Below are positions 38,553 to 41,667 of a stretch of 41,667 nucleotides of DNA, piece after piece. Position numbers and translations under genes: made by a program. The notes under the pieces were generated by a model. The model was not told the origin of the DNA and did not search any database. It worked only from the letters and a program-made list of their open reading frames with translations. The stretch is from Candidatus Zixiibacteriota bacterium (GTDB taxonomy: Bacteria > Zixibacteria > MSB-5A5 > CAIYYT01): NCBI GenBank assembly GCA_040235515.1, contig JBECKX010000043.1:1-41667 (forward strand), in the 5' to 3' direction. How positions within the stretch are numbered: the stretch's first letter is position 1; each line of letters starts with the position of its first letter.

Positions 38553-39634
38553 CCAAGAAGAAAAGAAAAAACAAAAAGTCAACCGAACCTAAACAGGTCT
38601 CTCCCCAAGATATCATTCAAGAGATTGAGGCGAAGCTGGCAGCGGATTCTCGAAAGACTCCGATTGGCCCCATCGTTTCACTAATAAAGAAGTGCCTCCC
38701 GTCGAAGGATTACAATCATCACGTAGACAAGCTTCTTGAGTACACCAAGAGTAAGCCGTGGTTCACTCAGCTATCACTGGAAGCAGTGTCAAGAGTGAGC
38801 CAGAAACAGAAGGCCTCAGATCAGGCTTTCATCCGGCAACTTGTTATTGAAAATCGCAGACGCTGTGCCATTCCGTTAGAAGAATCTCGACCGGTGCTCT
38901 TTGAACGGCTCGACGATCAAGAAGAACTGAAGATCAAAGATTGGATCATCGAGTCCAGGGGTAAGGGTGCCAATTCGGATTGGTGTAGAGCTGCGCTCGT
39001 TAGTTTGCTAACGATACAAGAAGGTCAATTGTCCGAAAGGACGATTCCCATTCTTCACAATTTCCTTGAAGTGATGTTTCCGCGTAAGCAGAAGACAAAC
39101 AAGAAGAATCGGCAGTCTGCAATAGCTAATGCTCGATCTACTCAGCAGTACGTGAAACGTCTTGCCTCAGTCCTCATGCCGACCAAACCGTCTTTGCCCA
39201 AGCTCGCGTGGATTCGAGACCTGACAGACCCAGTTCTCACGTTGCTGAAGCGCTGTGAGACGGAACTATCCAGAGCCAAGTCCGATCTATTCTCCAAAGA
39301 ACGAGACCTTCAGCAGGTAAGCAGTATCAAGGCAACCCTTGAAGCGGAGAAAAGAGAATTAGTTGGGAAAACAGCCGTTCTTGAAAAGGACATCGAACAG
39401 CTAAGACTCCAGCTGCAGCAAGAACAGGAGAACCTCAAGAAGTTGCGCATCTGGTGGGAAGAAAAGGTCGAATCTGACAAAGGAGCCCATCTCAACAAGT
39501 TCAAGGCGCAACTTCAACACGAAGTATCTGAGGCCATGATCTGCTTAGCAGGAGACGAACCAAACGTCTCAATGGCGCTGGATAGACTAAAGCGAATCAA
39601 ACAAATGAGCGTGGAATCTGGGGGAAAGTCGTGA
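38549..39634 (+). CDS. Hypothetical coiled-coil protein
   Basis: ATGA overlap with the upstream stop; Lys-rich N-terminus; long heptad-rich segment at about aa 232-305. Confidence 0.8.
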   Translation: MTKKKRKNKKSTEPKQVSPQDIIQEIEAKLAADSRKTPIGPIVSLIKKCLPSKDYNHHVDKLLEYTKSKPWFTQLSLEAVSRVSQKQKASDQAFIRQLVIENRRRCAIPLEESRPVLFERLDDQEELKIKDWIIESRGKGANSDWCRAALVSLLTIQEGQLSERTIPILHNFLEVMFPRKQKTNKKNRQSAIANARSTQQYVKRLASVLMPTKPSLPKLAWIRDLTDPVLTLLKRCETELSRAKSDLFSKERDLQQVSSIKATLEAEKRELVGKTAVLEKDIEQLRLQLQQEQENLKKLRIWWEEKVESDKGAHLNKFKAQLQHEVSEAMICLAGDEPNVSMALDRLKRIKQMSVESGGKS

Positions 39635-41145
39635 ACCAACGAGTCGGCATTGGAATTGATTTCGGAACGACGAATTCGGTTGTCTGTATTTACGATAAGT
39701 CAATCAATACCTCAAAGGCATTCTTAGATAGTGGCTTTCCGCACTCTTCCGTGGTGTGGTACCGAGCTGACGGATCTACCCCTCGAGTTGGCAGAGAATC
39801 AAAGCGACAGCTGAGGAGCTACTCGGGAACCGAAGGACACCATTTTGAAGCCTCGATAAAGCGCCAGCTTGGTAGAGGATACGACCAGTACATATTTGGT
39901 CGGAAAGTTTCTGCCCACGAGATTGCGTCAGACATCTTTCGATTTCTGAAGGAGGATGCCTGTGATCAGCGCCCAGACCTGGAATTCTCGGGTGCCATTG
40001 TTACTATTCCAGTCTACTTCGACGGTAAGGCGCGGCGCGATCTACGAATGGCTGCCGACAAGGCAGGTATCTACATAAGATCGTTTATACACGAGCCATT
40101 CGCGGCAATTGTAGGATACCTGATTCGGTCTGACTCTTGGAACAGAATATCGAGTCTGAACGACAGAGTTGTGCTGGTCTTTGATTGGGGCGGGGGTACT
40201 CTGGATATTACAATCGCAAAGATCGTCGACAATCAATTGATCGAGTTATCCATTGGTGGCTTGAATGATCGGGCTGGCGACTATTTCGATGAACAGGTTC
40301 ACAAGTGGGCGTTAGGTAATAGTTGTAATCGCAACAACTTGACTGTTGATGATATCCGAATATTAGCTGGAGACAGGGGACGGCTTCTCACTGAATGCGA
40401 AAGAGCGAAGATCGCATTGTCCGATGATCTGGACGATAAGATCCAGACGGCCCGTGCTTACAGCTTAGGTGAACGGTGGTACGATATCGATGAGGCTGTT
40501 CAGCGAACGGACTTAAATGGGATCGTATCCGCTGATGTTGAAAGAGCAATATCGGAGGTAGAGGCGGTTCTCGCCCGCGCTGGCATATCGCATCATGGCG
40601 TGGATACGGTCTTACTGATTGGCGGCACTTCAAGAATGCCGCTGGTGCGAGACCGACTTCGAGAACTGTTCAGTCACAGGATTGTGGAAATAGAGCAAGC
40701 AGATACAGTTATTGCAGAGGGGGCAGCTGTGATAGATGCCCTCAATTTGCAGCCGATGCTATCTCGGTCGGTCTGTGTAGAATTGGCAGACGATTCACTT
40801 TATCCTGTATTTATGGAAGGAGAGCTCGCGGTTCCAGATCTCTGCAGGAAGACTCTAAGCTTCTATTGCACGGACAATCGGAATGGTGAGGCTAAACTCA
40901 TTCTTAAAGATAGTTCAAACGGATATCGATCGTCCAAACCGGCGTTAAAGCAGATACTAACGCTCCCTGTGTCACCAAATCTTCCAAAACCATACAACCA
41001 TGAGAAAGTGACAGTTGATTTCTGGCTGGATGAGGATTTGATCGTAAATGTTCGAGGAAAAGCAGCTACTCAGAACAAGGGTAATTCATGCGAAATATAC
41101 GACCTGTGCTATGGCTTAAGGCTCCAAAGTCCTGAAGGGGAGTGA
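39631..41145 (+). CDS. Atypical Hsp70-family ATPase (not housekeeping DnaK)
   Basis: GIDFGTTNS, SIKRQLG, TIPVYF, IHEPFAA, VFDWGGGTLD, CERAKIALS, LIGGTSRMP and IAEGAA. 504 aa with a short divergent C-terminal domain. Confidence 0.92.
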   Translation: MNQRVGIGIDFGTTNSVVCIYDKSINTSKAFLDSGFPHSSVVWYRADGSTPRVGRESKRQLRSYSGTEGHHFEASIKRQLGRGYDQYIFGRKVSAHEIASDIFRFLKEDACDQRPDLEFSGAIVTIPVYFDGKARRDLRMAADKAGIYIRSFIHEPFAAIVGYLIRSDSWNRISSLNDRVVLVFDWGGGTLDITIAKIVDNQLIELSIGGLNDRAGDYFDEQVHKWALGNSCNRNNLTVDDIRILAGDRGRLLTECERAKIALSDDLDDKIQTARAYSLGERWYDIDEAVQRTDLNGIVSADVERAISEVEAVLARAGISHHGVDTVLLIGGTSRMPLVRDRLRELFSHRIVEIEQADTVIAEGAAVIDALNLQPMLSRSVCVELADDSLYPVFMEGELAVPDLCRKTLSFYCTDNRNGEAKLILKDSSNGYRSSKPALKQILTLPVSPNLPKPYNHEKVTVDFWLDEDLIVNVRGKAATQNKGNSCEIYDLCYGLRLQSPEGE

Positions 41146-41149
41146 CAAT

Positions 41150-41395
41150 TTGAAATCAAATGTGGCAGTCAAATCAAACTTAGTTCTGGACCATCCCGAC
41201 TATCGACCAGTCCACCGCTATCTTCCTGGGGATTTCATAAAGAGCATATATCCGGCAAAGATTGATAGGCGAGTCATTGAATCTGAGCTAACAAAGCGGC
41301 AAATCTTCGAGTATGAACAATACCTTGTCTGTATGGTCTGCGGAATGCCCTGCGCGGGGACCTGTGAACTCTCAGATTGTTCGGATTCCGACTAG
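41150..41395 (+). CDS. Small Cys-rich hypothetical protein
   Basis: TTG start 4 nt after the Hsp70 stop with SD GGGGAG; C-terminal CMVCGMPCAGTC. Confidence 0.7.
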   Translation: MKSNVAVKSNLVLDHPDYRPVHRYLPGDFIKSIYPAKIDRRVIESELTKRQIFEYEQYLVCMVCGMPCAGTCELSDCSDSD

Positions 41396-41472
41396 GAATC
41401 CGCATCGTAGTAGCCTCATCAACATTTGATGATCCCGGGACAGAGTTGGACTGTGTGGTAAGGGAGTAACAG

Positions 41473-41667
41473 TTGGCTGGTAGAAAGAAGACTTTTCCGT
41501 GCGGACATACAGGCAAGGGCAAGTACTGCCACCGGTGCGCACAAGAGGAGAAACGTAAGCAAGCAATCTTGGAGGCGAAGAGCGAGTGGGAGGATCGCTT
41601 GAGCTTAGCGCCTGTCGAGCTGGGACATCTGCCAAAGGAAGTGGCCGAAAAGGCCCTCGCCGTGATA
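41473..41667 (+). CDS. Partial ORF with N-terminal Zn-binding motif (runs off the window)
   Basis: AAGGGAG SD and TTG 41473, encoding MAGRKKTFPCGHTGKGKYCHRCAQEEKRKQAILEAKSEWEDRLSLAPVELGHLPKEVAEKALAVI; open to the window end. Not in the ORF track. Confidence 0.7.
   Translation, partial: MAGRKKTFPCGHTGKGKYCHRCAQEEKRKQAILEAKSEWEDRLSLAPVELGHLPKEVAEKALAVI

Larger units (their letters stand above)
35804..41667. mobile_element. Left part of a genomic island integrated at the ssrA 3' end
   Basis: Integrase begins about 180 nt after the tmRNA CCA; arm-type repeats are present; cargo is visibly more AT-rich and non-housekeeping. No second att copy was seen in the window. Confidence 0.85.

Noticed and set aside
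39631..41145. Calling the Hsp70 gene dnaK, hscA or mreB
   Set aside because: Too short and divergent for DnaK/HscA, with no linker or lid and no dnaJ/grpE/isc context. It carries Hsp70-specific motifs and a C-terminal domain that MreB lacks.
41274..41635. Minus-strand ORFs 41274-41522 and 41372-41635
   Set aside because: No motifs; the plus-strand frames here have SD sites and Cys motifs and are better supported.
35804..41667. Prophage
   Set aside because: No structural, terminase, replication or lysis genes in the visible part; only an integrative element can be supported.

Overview
Bacterial chromosome segment. Its lineage cannot be fixed from sequence alone. It is diderm, uses Shine-Dalgarno sites and E. 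coli-type TTGACA/TATAAT promoters, and has gene content reminiscent of FCB-related lineages. From left to right: (1) a truncated aconitase-family gene on the minus strand, missing from the ORF track, divergent from a signal-peptide-bearing oligoendopeptidase F. (2) A long minus-strand housekeeping run: OM beta-barrel, beta-propeller lipoprotein, pth, rpsF-rpsR-DUF2232-rplI, DUF151 nuclease, larE, three hypotheticals and an aldo/keto reductase. (3) A ~16.5 kb respiratory cluster: ctaB, alternative complex III actABCDEFG, SCO, A2-type caa3 oxidase subunits II/I/III/IV, ctaA, a second SCO and DUF420, with a clear promoter and a Rex-like operator. (4) A heterodimeric ABC exporter pair preceded by what looks like an unannotated leader-peptide attenuator. 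(5) tmRNA (35442-35803), followed by the left end of an integrated element. The element carries a tyrosine integrase with 11-bp arm-type repeats, two small unannotated ORFs (one ribbon-helix-helix), and a tightly coupled four-gene cargo operon: Zn-finger/helical protein, coiled-coil protein, atypical lid-less Hsp70 ATPase and a small Cys-rich protein. A fifth Zn-motif ORF runs off the window. The Hsp70-centred island operon is the best candidate for an undescribed system, possibly anti-phage defence. All family assignments come from motif recognition; no database searches were run.
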